Source: Flavobacteriaceae bacterium (GTDB lineage Bacteria; Bacteroidota; Bacteroidia; Flavobacteriales; Flavobacteriaceae). From it: a stretch of DNA of 64,000 nt. Each line of letters opens with the position of its first letter. Position 1 is the stretch's first letter. The notes beneath the pieces were generated by a model. The model was not told the DNA's origin, did not search any database, and was given only the letters and a program-made list of their open reading frames with translations. The stretch spans positions 17,808-81,807 of the forward strand of contig CBFHJD010000001.1 of assembly GCA_965656215.1 (NCBI GenBank), given 5' to 3'. This document shows positions 9,493-19,504 of the stretch, piece after piece. The position numbers were made by a program, and so were the translations under genes.

Positions 9493-11787
9493 ATGCGTTT
9501 TCAATTTTTTCGTTTCTCATCACTCTTTTTGATTATTTCTTTTTTAATCCTATCCTGCGGTCCAAATTATTCAACTCAGGAGAAAGACGATTTAATTCAC
9601 GTCCAACATAAAAACGGACCCACTTTAGTTTATTCAAAAACGTCCAAAATAAATCTGCTTAATCAAGGGAGAAATGCCTTTAAAGATTTAAATAGAAACA
9701 ACACACTGGATCCTTATGAAAATTGGCAACTTCCTTCCGAAGAACGAGCAGCTGATCTTGCCAAACGACTTTCCGTAAAAGAAATTTCAGGGTTGATGTT
9801 GTATAGCTCACACCAGTCTCTACCGTCATCATCTAGAGGTTATTTTTCTTCGAGTTATGGAGGTAAACCTTTTAATGACAGTATTCATAAGGCAAGTGAT
9901 TTGTCAGATCAGCAAAAGCAATTTTTAGAGAATGATTTTTTAAGACACGTTTTACTCACACGAGTTCAAAGTCCGCAAGTGGCGGCACAATGGAACAACA
10001 ACGCTCAGGCTCTTGTAGAATCCATTGGACATGGTATTCCCGTCAATAGCAGTTCAGATCCAAGGCACGAATCCGTAGCAGAAACAGAATACAATGCTGG
10101 TGCAGGTGGAGCCATTTCAATGTGGCCAACTACTTTGGGTATGGCAGCCACTTTTAACCCAGAATTGATGCAAGAATTTGGATCAATTGCTTCAAAAGAA
10201 TATAGAGCCTTGGGAATAAGTACTGCATTATCACCCCAAATAGATCTTGCAACCGAACCTCGTTGGAGTCGATTTACAGGCACCATGGGTGAAGATCCGG
10301 ATTTAGCAACGGATTTGGCACGTGCTTATGTAGAAGGGTTTCAATCTTCTCAAAATGGAGACTGGGGTAAGCATAGTGTAAATACCATGGTAAAACATTG
10401 GCCTGGAGGAGGTCCTGAGGAAGGAGGTAGAGACGGTCATTTTGGATATGGAGCCTATGCTGTATATCCTGGCAATAATTTAGAACAACATCTAAAGCCT
10501 TTTGTAGATGGCGCCTTTAAATTGAATAATGCGACAAAACGTGCATCAGCTGTAATGCCTTATTACACCATCTCTGACGGTTTGGGTGAACCCGTAGCAA
10601 ACGGATATAATTTTTACGTTCTCACTACTTTACTGAGAGAAAAATACAATTATACTGGAGTGATTTGTACCGATTGGGGAATTACCAAGGACGTATCTGC
10701 AGTTGATCGCTTTGAAGGAAAACCTTGGGGAGTTGAAAAACTAACGGAAGCCCAAAGACACTACAAAGCACTTATGGCAGGGATTGATCAATTTGGCGGA
10801 AACAATGACATTAAACCCATACTCGAAGCGTATCAAATTGGAATTGAGGAACACGGTGAGGCTTTTATGCGTAAACGTTTTGAAGCTTCTGCAGTACGCC
10901 TTTTGATGAATATTTTCAACCCAGGTTTATTTGAAAACCCTTACCTCAATTTGGATGAAGTAGAACAAGTGGTCGGTAATCCTGAATTTATGAGTGCAGG
11001 CTTTGAGGCACAAATTCAGTCAGTAGTGCTTCTGAAAAATAAAAACCAAACATTACCCATTTCAGAAAAGAAAAAGGTATACGTTCCAGAAAGATATGTG
11101 GCCCCTAGTATGAATTGGTGGGGAAATGTTTCTCCGGAAAAAGTAGAAATACCGTTTAACCTAAAGGTTGTTGCTCAATATTTTGAAATTGTAGACACTC
11201 CTCAAGCAGCAGATTTTGCACTTGTAGGGATTGAGAGCCCAAATGGGGGTGTAGGTTACGACCGAGCAGATTTAGAAAAGGGAGGGAATGGCTATGTTCC
11301 AATTAGCCTTCAATACGCTGATTACACGGCTGCAAATGCTAGAGCAGTAAGTATCGCCGGAGGAAGCACTCTAGAGTCATTTACCAATCGAAGCTATCAG
11401 GGCAAAACTGTTCGTACATATAACGCAACGGATAAAGATTTGGTTATTCAAACCAAAAAAGAAATGGGAGATAAACCAGTAGTTGTAGTTGTTAAAGTAT
11501 CAAAACCAATGGTTTTTTCTGAAATTGAATCTGCTGCATCAGCAATGTTGATTCACATGGGAGTTCAAGATCAAGTACTCATGGAGCTTCTTTCAGGTAA
11601 AGAAGAACCCAGCGGATTGCTTCCTTTTCAAATGCCCAAAGATATGTTTACGGTAGAAGCACAATCGGAAGACTTAGAAAGAGACATGATTCCTCACCAA
11701 GACTCCGAAGGAAACACCTATGATTTTGCGTTTGGACTCAACTGGAATGGAATTATTCAAGACGAACGAACAAAAAAATATTATTAA
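9493..11787 (+). CDS. glycoside hydrolase family 3 protein (beta-glucosidase-like), lipoprotein
   Basis: 764 aa with lipobox LILSCG. GH3 motifs are present (KHWPGGGPEEGGRDGH; VICTDWGI, which contains the expected nucleophile Asp context). Confidence 0.85.
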   Translation: MRFQFFRFSSLFLIISFLILSCGPNYSTQEKDDLIHVQHKNGPTLVYSKTSKINLLNQGRNAFKDLNRNNTLDPYENWQLPSEERAADLAKRLSVKEISGLMLYSSHQSLPSSSRGYFSSSYGGKPFNDSIHKASDLSDQQKQFLENDFLRHVLLTRVQSPQVAAQWNNNAQALVESIGHGIPVNSSSDPRHESVAETEYNAGAGGAISMWPTTLGMAATFNPELMQEFGSIASKEYRALGISTALSPQIDLATEPRWSRFTGTMGEDPDLATDLARAYVEGFQSSQNGDWGKHSVNTMVKHWPGGGPEEGGRDGHFGYGAYAVYPGNNLEQHLKPFVDGAFKLNNATKRASAVMPYYTISDGLGEPVANGYNFYVLTTLLREKYNYTGVICTDWGITKDVSAVDRFEGKPWGVEKLTEAQRHYKALMAGIDQFGGNNDIKPILEAYQIGIEEHGEAFMRKRFEASAVRLLMNIFNPGLFENPYLNLDEVEQVVGNPEFMSAGFEAQIQSVVLLKNKNQTLPISEKKKVYVPERYVAPSMNWWGNVSPEKVEIPFNLKVVAQYFEIVDTPQAADFALVGIESPNGGVGYDRADLEKGGNGYVPISLQYADYTAANARAVSIAGGSTLESFTNRSYQGKTVRTYNATDKDLVIQTKKEMGDKPVVVVVKVSKPMVFSEIESAASAMLIHMGVQDQVLMELLSGKEEPSGLLPFQMPKDMFTVEAQSEDLERDMIPHQDSEGNTYDFAFGLNWNGIIQDERTKKYY

Positions 11788-11975
11788 ACTAGCGTATTAT
11801 CCAAATTGTTTAACTTAACAGTTAATTTTTATAGGGATTAGGCAGTACTTGGTTAAAGCCGCTTTACCTATGAATTAGAGTTGGCTTGGTTGTTCATTGA
11901 AAACAAAAAAACCTTGACTATGGATTACTAAATCTAAAAAAGTTCTAGTAAGCTCTATAAACTATAGTGATTTCT

Positions 11976-12446
11976 TTAGTTTATTTGAATTTTGTCATAG
12001 GCTTCCTTAGAAAGTTTTTCGGTCCAGACGGTTTCACTTGCCCCGTAAATAGCGATATAAGAGACTAATTGATTCGGGGTTGAACTGTGCCAATGTTCTA
12101 CATTTTGATTACACTTAACAACGGTTCCTTTTTTGAGTATAACGACATCTTTACCTCTTTCTTGATAATACCCTTCGCCCTCAACAATAATTAGGACTTG
12201 GCCTGTTGAGTGCTTATGCCAATCCAAAGTAGAATCTGCAGCAAAAGTGGCTAGAGTTAAATTGTATTCAAAATCTTGATCTGCACGAACCAAACTTTTC
12301 AGCCAAGCGCTCCCGATATAATGAGTGTTTGGAGCTTTTTTGGAAGGGTCTAAATCCATTGTTGTAAACGAGTTTAGCTGATAATCTTGTTCCTGAGAAA
12401 GTAAATTTAGTGGAGAAAGAAGTATTAGGAAAATTATTTTTTTCAT
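11976..12446 (-). CDS. cupin domain-containing protein (secreted)
   Basis: 156 aa with a signal peptide. The cupin core is LDWHKHSTGQVLIIVEGEGYYQERGK...VKCNQNVEHWH. Confidence 0.75.
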   Translation of the reverse strand: MKKIIFLILLSPLNLLSQEQDYQLNSFTTMDLDPSKKAPNTHYIGSAWLKSLVRADQDFEYNLTLATFAADSTLDWHKHSTGQVLIIVEGEGYYQERGKDVVILKKGTVVKCNQNVEHWHSSTPNQLVSYIAIYGASETVWTEKLSKEAYDKIQIN

Positions 12447-12624
12447 GATTATTTTTTAGTCTTTGACTGAAAATTAATTTTTAGGTTTAATTGAAAAATA
12501 AAATTAATCTTGAATCTAAGATAAAGCAATCATAAGAGTTTTTAGATCAAGACCAGCCTTGTTTTAATAGATTAAAACTAATAATAGCCCTAAGTTATAA
12601 TTTTGAGCAGTATAAACATGAATA

Positions 12625-12645
12625 AAAAATCTATATTAGATTTTT
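12625..12645. promoter_or_regulatory. perfect 21-bp palindrome, candidate MarR operator
   Basis: AAAAATCTA-TAT-TAGATTTTT (9+3+9), ending 22 nt upstream of the marR-family ATG. The right arm TAGATTTT resembles a -7 promoter box. Confidence 0.5.
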
Positions 12646-12667
12646 AATTCATACACATTTCTTTAAA

Positions 12668-13150
12668 ATGAATAATAAAGATAAATACTCGGAGTTGATG
12701 ATTAGTATTCGGAAAATTGTTAGGGCAATTAATCTAGAATCAAAAAGAGTTGAGAAGCAATTTGGTTTAAGTGTCCCACAACTATTGATATTAAAATTTC
12801 TTAATGATAATGATCAATTTAAAAGCACCATGAAGGAATTGAAAAATTATTTATCGCTTAATGCGAGTACAGTAACTGGAATAATTTCAAGACTTGAAAC
12901 AAAGGGTTTTATAGCGAGATTGCCAAGTGTAAAAGATAGACGCGAGATTCCAATTACACTTACTTCAAAAGGATTGGAAATAGTAAAAAAAACGGACGAA
13001 TCACTACATGAGTTGATGGTGAAAAAAACAAATTTAATAGGAGAGGGGGAGTATAATTCAATTTTAATTTCTTTAGAAAAGATTATTAAGCTTTTTGATA
13101 TTGAAGATATTGACGCATCACCAATTATAAGTGGCCAGACTGAATTATAA
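12668..13150 (+). CDS. MarR family transcriptional regulator
   Basis: 160 aa with a winged-helix region (LSVPQLLILKFLN...LNASTVTGIISRLETKGFIARLPSVKDRRE). Confidence 0.85.
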   Translation: MNNKDKYSELMISIRKIVRAINLESKRVEKQFGLSVPQLLILKFLNDNDQFKSTMKELKNYLSLNASTVTGIISRLETKGFIARLPSVKDRREIPITLTSKGLEIVKKTDESLHELMVKKTNLIGEGEYNSILISLEKIIKLFDIEDIDASPIISGQTEL

Positions 13151-13156
13151 CTCACT

Positions 13157-13182
13157 ATAGTTTCAGTAGAAACTATTTTTTT
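13157..13182 (+). terminator. intrinsic terminator after the marR-family gene
   Basis: ATAGTTTC-agta-GAAACTAT, an 8-bp perfect stem followed by a T-run. Confidence 0.65.
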
Positions 13183-13184
13183 AA

Positions 13185-13192
13185 TATATTTG
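13185..13192 (+). promoter_or_regulatory. Bacteroidota-type -7 promoter box for the SusC-like operon
   Basis: TATATTTG matches TAnnTTTG and ends 19 nt upstream of the ATG at 13212. Confidence 0.5.
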
Positions 13193-13211
13193 CATCGATA
13201 AAAAAAATCTA

Positions 13212-16200
13212 ATGCAACGTATATTTATTGTTACTTTAACACTTCTATTTTCAACTTTAACCTTTTCACAATCAAATATTTATGGATTAATTAGCGATGA
13301 AAACAATCTTCCTCTTCCGGGTGCAACTATTGTAAATCAAAATTCAGGAATAGGGGTAATTAGTGATTTCGACGGAAACTTTACTATTGAAGTTTCAGCG
13401 AATGATGTTTTAAAGGTGTCTTATGTGGGTTATAAGGACCTAACTTATAACGGTACCTTCGGGGATAGTCTCAGATTTCAGCTTCAGCCCGATGAAGAAT
13501 TAGATGAAGTCATTATTACTGCTCTAGGAATACGAAGGTCTGAAAAAGCACTTGGTTATTCCGTCCAAGGGCTTTCTTCAGCGGAAATCAATAAGGTAAA
13601 AGCGACAAATGTCGTGAACTCTTTAGCAGGTAAAATAGCAGGTGTCACAATCACAGGTTCTTCTGCTGGTCCATCTGCTTCTTCCAATATAAATATTCGA
13701 GGTGCATCTTCTCTTATGGGAAACAATCAGCCTTTATTTGTGGTTAATGGACTTCCAGTCACAAACGATTTGTACACTTTTGATGATGGACTAAACGGTT
13801 CTACTTCAATTGATTTTGGAAACGCCGCACAAATTATCAATACAGATGATATCAATGCGATCAGCGTCCTTAAAGGTCCTGCTGCGTCTGCATTATACGG
13901 ATCTCGGGCAGCTAATGGAGTTATTTTGATAGAAACAAAAACAGGGGATTCTCAACCCAATGGTTTTGGTGTGGAAATAAACTCAAGTGTTCAGTTTTCT
14001 GATCCACTAAAATTGCCAAACTACCAAAATGAATTTGGTTCTGGTGGAGGTGGAAAATACAGTTACTTAAATGGATCTACTTACATAGGTGCCAATCAAA
14101 ATTATGACGCTTATGGAGAAAATTGGGGACCAAGAACGAATGGTCAACTGATCAAGCAATTCAACTCTGACGGTCAGGCGGTTCCTTTCACACCTGCACC
14201 TGATAACATAAAAAACTTTTATCAAACAGGAGTAAACCTTTCAACAAACATAGCTGTAAATAGCAGCTCAGAAAATGGACAAAGTAGATTTTCTTATACG
14301 AATTTAAACAACAAAGGGATTGTACCAAATACCAACCTTGAACGGAATACATTTCAAACAAGTATTGGGAAATCAATGTTAGATGATAAACTAAAATTAA
14401 ACTTTAATTCGATGTTTGTTCGATCTACTTCTGACAACATTCCTAATTCAGGATATGATGAATCATCATCGATTATGTATGGATGGTTATGGCTTCCGAG
14501 ACAGGTAGAAATCGATGACCTTAGAGACTATTGGGAACCAGGTTTAGAGGGAACTCAACAGCGATATGCAGAAAATTTATGGGTAAACAACCCTTGGTTT
14601 ATTGTTAACGAAAACACAAATGCTTTTCAGAGTAATAGATTAATATCGAATCTGATGCTTGCTTACGAAATTAACCCCATGTTAAAGATGCGTTTTCGAT
14701 ATGGAGTAGATTATGTTGATGAGCAGAGACAATATCGTAGAGCACCTTCAACTAAGGCGGTGTTAAATGGTAGTTATAGAGAAGACGAAATTTCATTCCG
14801 TGAAAGTAATTCGGAGATGCTTTTTGATTTTGATCCTACTCCAGAGCAAGAAAATACGATTGATATAAACGTAAAAGTTGGAGGAAATTTAATGTCTCAA
14901 CAAGCAAATTTTGGAGTAGCAAATAATCCAGAATTACAAATTTTTGGGGTAGGACCATCCATTTACACCCTCTCTAATTCACGTTCGGGGGTTTTGGTTG
15001 AATCTCAAAAAACAAATACAAAAATCAATAGTCTATTTGGTTTAGTGAGTCTGGACTATAACAATTGGGCTTACTTAGACTTGACTTATCGCAACGACTG
15101 GACAAGTACTTTGGTTAACCCTTTAGTAGGAATAGATAATTCCTCTTTCAGTTATGGCTATCCCTCGGTTTCAACGAGTATTTTACTAAGTGAAATCGTA
15201 AACATGCCTGAAAAACTAAATTTTGCGAAAGTCCGTGCCTCTTATGCTGAAGTAGGTAATGGTGCTCCAGCTTATTCTTTTGGAAATACGTTTACACCAA
15301 AGCCTGCCTATGGATCCTCTCCAGTATTTACAACTGGAAGTATTATTTCTGATCCAAATTTAAAAAATGAACGAACTACAGCACAAGAGTTTGGTGTTGA
15401 TTTAAGGTTTTTCAACAATCGATTAAACGTTGATTTCACCTATTACAAGATGAATAGTTTCGATCAAATTATTTCCCTACCAGTAGCAAAAAGTAGTGGC
15501 TATGATTTTACCCTCACAAATGGAGGAGAAATAAGTAATAAAGGAATAGAGATTTCTGCAAAGTACAACTGGGTTCAAGGCGAGGACTTCAATTGGTATT
15601 CACAGCTTAATTATGGAAGAAATCGAGCCATTGTAGAAGAATTACCAGAAGTAATTACAAGTGGAAAATACTCAATTGTTGCAGACATTTTCCCAGGTGA
15701 TGAAGGTGGTTCTGATCTTGAGCTTGTTGCAGAACAAGGTCAACTGCTGGGTCAACTCTATGGACTCGGCTTTCAAAGAGATTCTGAGGGTCAAATTATT
15801 CATAAAGATGGTTTGCCATTGCACACTGAAGAAAAGGTCTCTGCCGGATCTTATCAACCAGATTTTAGAGTAGGATTGTACAACAGTTTGAGTTATAAAA
15901 ACGTAAACCTTTCATTTTTGATTGATGGTCAGGTTGGAGGAAAAATTTATTCCCGCTCTCATGCATTGTACGCAACTGCGGGAACCATCGTAAATAATGA
16001 TGATCCTAACTTACCCCTAACAACAATGGAAGGAAGAACGATTTATGACGTAAGTTATGATGGTGCCGGAAATCCATTATATTCTCTAGAGCAAGAAGGA
16101 GGAGTTGTTGGACCTGGTTTGATGTATGGTCCGAATGGTGACTTGGTGCAAAATAATGTAAGCGTTCCTGCTGGTGGTGCCGGTTATACGGGATATTTTT

Positions 16201-16502
16201 ACAATTATTATGGAAACGGATTCAATAGGGATAATATTGAAGCAGCAACATATGATGCAACTTATTTTAAACTCCGAGAGGTTAGTATAGGATATAATCT
16301 TCCAAATGAATTAGTAACGAAATTTGGTATTCAATCAGCTTCACTATCTCTCATTGGAAGAAATCTATTTTTGGTTTCGGAAGTTCCCACCATAGACCCA
16401 GAAACCTATTCTATTCGAAATGGCTTATTTGTTAATGGATTTGAAAGCACATCAATTCCTTCGCAACGTAGTTTTGGCCTTAACTTAAATCTCACATTTT
16501 AA
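13212..16502 (+). CDS. SusC/RagA family TonB-linked outer membrane protein
   Basis: 1096 aa with a signal peptide and a CarboxypepD_reg-like N-terminus (GATIVNQNSGIGVISDFDGNFTI). The plug region (ISVLKGPAASALYGSRAANGVILIETK) and the C-terminal ...LNLNLTF are typical of the family. Confidence 0.9.
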   Translation: MQRIFIVTLTLLFSTLTFSQSNIYGLISDENNLPLPGATIVNQNSGIGVISDFDGNFTIEVSANDVLKVSYVGYKDLTYNGTFGDSLRFQLQPDEELDEVIITALGIRRSEKALGYSVQGLSSAEINKVKATNVVNSLAGKIAGVTITGSSAGPSASSNINIRGASSLMGNNQPLFVVNGLPVTNDLYTFDDGLNGSTSIDFGNAAQIINTDDINAISVLKGPAASALYGSRAANGVILIETKTGDSQPNGFGVEINSSVQFSDPLKLPNYQNEFGSGGGGKYSYLNGSTYIGANQNYDAYGENWGPRTNGQLIKQFNSDGQAVPFTPAPDNIKNFYQTGVNLSTNIAVNSSSENGQSRFSYTNLNNKGIVPNTNLERNTFQTSIGKSMLDDKLKLNFNSMFVRSTSDNIPNSGYDESSSIMYGWLWLPRQVEIDDLRDYWEPGLEGTQQRYAENLWVNNPWFIVNENTNAFQSNRLISNLMLAYEINPMLKMRFRYGVDYVDEQRQYRRAPSTKAVLNGSYREDEISFRESNSEMLFDFDPTPEQENTIDINVKVGGNLMSQQANFGVANNPELQIFGVGPSIYTLSNSRSGVLVESQKTNTKINSLFGLVSLDYNNWAYLDLTYRNDWTSTLVNPLVGIDNSSFSYGYPSVSTSILLSEIVNMPEKLNFAKVRASYAEVGNGAPAYSFGNTFTPKPAYGSSPVFTTGSIISDPNLKNERTTAQEFGVDLRFFNNRLNVDFTYYKMNSFDQIISLPVAKSSGYDFTLTNGGEISNKGIEISAKYNWVQGEDFNWYSQLNYGRNRAIVEELPEVITSGKYSIVADIFPGDEGGSDLELVAEQGQLLGQLYGLGFQRDSEGQIIHKDGLPLHTEEKVSAGSYQPDFRVGLYNSLSYKNVNLSFLIDGQVGGKIYSRSHALYATAGTIVNNDDPNLPLTTMEGRTIYDVSYDGAGNPLYSLEQEGGVVGPGLMYGPNGDLVQNNVSVPAGGAGYTGYFYNYYGNGFNRDNIEAATYDATYFKLREVSIGYNLPNELVTKFGIQSASLSLIGRNLFLVSEVPTIDPETYSIRNGLFVNGFESTSIPSQRSFGLNLNLTF

Positions 16503-16511
16503 TTCTCAAAC

Positions 16512-17969
16512 ATGAAATTTATAAAATATTATACCTTACTCCTTTTCTTATTTATCTCTTGTAGTGACTTTGAAGAGTTGAATATTAATCCTAATGAACC
16601 CACAACGGTTTCTCCAGGTGTTTTATTTACTTCTGCAATTCGTACAAGTATTCAAACTACCTCTAATGAAGCTTTTTTATTATCTAATAATATTGCACAA
16701 CTTACCGCTAAAACATTAAGAGCTGAAGTTGATTTTTATGGGTGGAACGCCTTTCCTACCGTATGGGAAGGATTGTATGAAAGCCTTACAGACCTTAGAA
16801 GTTTAACTGATATTGCGACGTCAGAAGGAAACAACAAAATGATTGGAGCCGCTCTAGTTTTTGAGGTTTGGATTTTTTCAGAATTAACCAATGCGTATGG
16901 AGACATACCCTATTCTGAGTCAATACAAGGAGGAGAAACTGTTTTCACTCCCCAGTATGATACCCAAGAATTTATATATCAAGATCTTTTAAGTAAGTTG
17001 GATGAATCAATAAGCCTATTGAATAATTCAGGTACAATTTCAGGAGATGTATTATACAACGGTGATTCAGAAATGTGGATCAAATTTGCAAATTCATTAA
17101 AATTACGCTTATTGATGTATGCATCGAATAAAACCGATGTTGCTGCTCGTTTTAATTCAGTAGTACAACAGGGCAACTTATTTGAGTCAAATGAAGACCA
17201 AGCAGTACTAGATTTTCTCAATTCTTTTCCAAACCAATTTCCAACAATTCCATTAAAACAAGGTGATTTTGATGCTGTAGCAATTGGGAAATCTGCTGTA
17301 GACGTACTGGATCAATATAAAGATCCGCGATTGTCTCGCTTTGCACGCCCAGACAACTTGGATTTCGACGCTCCTACTTTTGAAGGTGTTTCAAATGGTG
17401 TTGGAGGACAAACTGGATCTCGTTTAGGTTTAGCGTATTATGATTACCCGGGGCACATTAGTGCTTTTAATATTGGGATAAATTATGCCAACGGAATTGT
17501 AATGACGTATGCTGAAGTCGAATTTCTTTTAGCTGAAGCCATTCAAAAAGGTTGGATTTCTGGCGATATAGAAGAACACTACAAGAATGGGATAAAAGCA
17601 TCACATGATTATCATCAGGTAAATTATGCTCCTTATGGCTGGTCTGGTTACGATGATTTTTATTCTAACTCAGGCGTTAAATACACCGAGGCGATTGATA
17701 TTTGGGAACAAAAGTGGCTAAGTCTTTATTTTTCAGCTATGGATCCTTTTTATGAGGTGAGAAGATGGTATACAGAATCTGGAGGATGGGATGCAATCCC
17801 TTTTCTAAATCCTCCTATTGGAAACAATTTCAATAATTATGAGCTTCCAATGCGTTTTTTATATCCTGGTCAAGAGCAAAGTTTAAATTCTGAAAACTAT
17901 AATGAGGCAAATTCCAGATACAATGCACCAAAATTGATCAATGGAAAAATGTGGATTGTTGATTTCTAA
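16512..17969 (+). CDS. SusD/RagB family nutrient-binding outer membrane lipoprotein
   Basis: 485 aa with lipobox LFISCSD, starting 9 nt downstream of the SusC-like gene. The N-terminal EELNINPNEPT motif is typical of SusD-like proteins. Confidence 0.8.
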   Translation: MKFIKYYTLLLFLFISCSDFEELNINPNEPTTVSPGVLFTSAIRTSIQTTSNEAFLLSNNIAQLTAKTLRAEVDFYGWNAFPTVWEGLYESLTDLRSLTDIATSEGNNKMIGAALVFEVWIFSELTNAYGDIPYSESIQGGETVFTPQYDTQEFIYQDLLSKLDESISLLNNSGTISGDVLYNGDSEMWIKFANSLKLRLLMYASNKTDVAARFNSVVQQGNLFESNEDQAVLDFLNSFPNQFPTIPLKQGDFDAVAIGKSAVDVLDQYKDPRLSRFARPDNLDFDAPTFEGVSNGVGGQTGSRLGLAYYDYPGHISAFNIGINYANGIVMTYAEVEFLLAEAIQKGWISGDIEEHYKNGIKASHDYHQVNYAPYGWSGYDDFYSNSGVKYTEAIDIWEQKWLSLYFSAMDPFYEVRRWYTESGGWDAIPFLNPPIGNNFNNYELPMRFLYPGQEQSLNSENYNEANSRYNAPKLINGKMWIVDF

Positions 17970-17977
17970 GAAGGCAG

Positions 17978-19504
17978 ATGAAAAAGTATTTTGATATAGC
18001 TCCAAGGGTTTTTTACCCTTCACTGGTGATAATTCTTTCTTTTGTTTTTATATCGATTCTCGGAGGAGATTTCATAAAAAACCTTTTTACTCAATTAGCA
18101 GATTCTATAACAGAAAATACGGGATGGCTCTTTATTCTTGGGGTAAACTTATTTATAGTTTTTTCTCTTTGGATTGCTTTTGGACAATATGGAAAAATTC
18201 GTTTAGGTGGTCCAAAAGCCAAAACGGATTTTACATTATTTTCTTGGTTTTCTATGCTGTTCTCTGCTGGAATGGGTATTGGTTTATTGTATTTCAGTGT
18301 ATCAGAGCCAATTGAACATTTCTCTAAACCACCTATGCCTCAAGAAACTCCTGCTGATTTAGCAATTCAGGCATTGGATTTCACCTTCCTGCATTATGGA
18401 TTGCATGCTTGGGCTATTTATTGTGTTGTTGGCTTATCGCTTGCCTATTTTACATTTAATAAGCATTTACCTTTATCCTTACGGTCTGTTTTTTTTCCTT
18501 TTATGGGAAGAAAGATCAATTCAATTTATGGTGATATTATCGATGTTATAGCAGTTGTTGCAACACTTTTTGGCTTAGCGACATCCTTAGGTTTTGGCGC
18601 AAGACAGATAGCCTCCGGATTAAATTTTTTGACGGGGATAAGTTCAGGAATTTTTACACAAATCGTTATAATTGCTGTTATAACCATAATAGCAACAATT
18701 TCTGTTATAACGGGTTTAAAAAAAGGTGTACGCTTTTTAAGTCGTTTAAATATGTTCGTTGCCTTGGCCTTTTTATTGTTTGTTTTTATAATTACCGGAC
18801 CAAATGCTGCATTCAGAACTTTTGTTCAAAGCACAGGTATGTATTTTCATCGTTTTTTAGAAATTGGAACTTGGTCCTCTGCTTTTCAATCTTCAGAATG
18901 GCAAAACAATTGGAGTATTTTTTATTGGGCATGGTGGATTGCATGGTCGCCTTTTGTAGGGATGTTTATCGCAAGAATCTCAAAAGGAAGAACCATTAAA
19001 GAATTTGTGCTTGGGGTATTATTAGTTCCAACCTTAATGACTTTTTTTTGGATTAGTGTTTTTGGAGGAGCTGCTTTAGCTCTAGAGCTGATAACACCAG
19101 GAAGTATATCTACTTCGGTTCTAAAAGACAGTTCTACCTCTCTTTTTGTGTTTTTAGAAAAATTTCCATTAAGCAGTATCACTAGTGTTATTGGGATTTT
19201 CATGGTTTCTGTATTCTTTGTAACGTCATCTGATAGCGGATCTCTTGTTATTGACAGTATCACTTCAGGCGGAAAACTTAATGCCCCCGTAGGACAGCGA
19301 ATATTGTGGGCGCAAATTGAAGGTTTTGTAGCCATTGCTTTACTCTTGGGCGGAGGTTTGAAGGCCATGCAAACAGCTTCTGTGAGTACAGGAATTTTAT
19401 TCCTATTCGTTTTATTTTTTATGTGTTTTTCATTGGTGAAATCTTTAAAAAGAGACGTATTGAAAAAGCAAAAAATTAAAGCGCTAAAAAAAGGCTCTCT
19501 TTAA
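17978..19504 (+). CDS. BCCT family (betaine/carnitine/choline) transporter
   Basis: 508 aa and polytopic. It carries a BCCT signature-like stretch, WSIFYWAWWIAWSPFVGMFIARISKGRTIKEF. It starts 8 nt after the SusD-like stop. Confidence 0.9.
   Translation: MKKYFDIAPRVFYPSLVIILSFVFISILGGDFIKNLFTQLADSITENTGWLFILGVNLFIVFSLWIAFGQYGKIRLGGPKAKTDFTLFSWFSMLFSAGMGIGLLYFSVSEPIEHFSKPPMPQETPADLAIQALDFTFLHYGLHAWAIYCVVGLSLAYFTFNKHLPLSLRSVFFPFMGRKINSIYGDIIDVIAVVATLFGLATSLGFGARQIASGLNFLTGISSGIFTQIVIIAVITIIATISVITGLKKGVRFLSRLNMFVALAFLLFVFIITGPNAAFRTFVQSTGMYFHRFLEIGTWSSAFQSSEWQNNWSIFYWAWWIAWSPFVGMFIARISKGRTIKEFVLGVLLVPTLMTFFWISVFGGAALALELITPGSISTSVLKDSSTSLFVFLEKFPLSSITSVIGIFMVSVFFVTSSDSGSLVIDSITSGGKLNAPVGQRILWAQIEGFVAIALLLGGGLKAMQTASVSTGILFLFVLFFMCFSLVKSLKRDVLKKQKIKALKKGSL

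Noticed and set aside
9493-19504. Treating the GH3, cupin, MarR and SusCD-BCCT genes as one polysaccharide utilization locus
   Set aside because: The GH3 gene is separated from SusC by an opposite-strand cupin gene. The marR-family gene also intervenes, and it ends in its own terminator (13157-13182). SusC has its own promoter box, so linkage of GH3 to SusCD is not supported.
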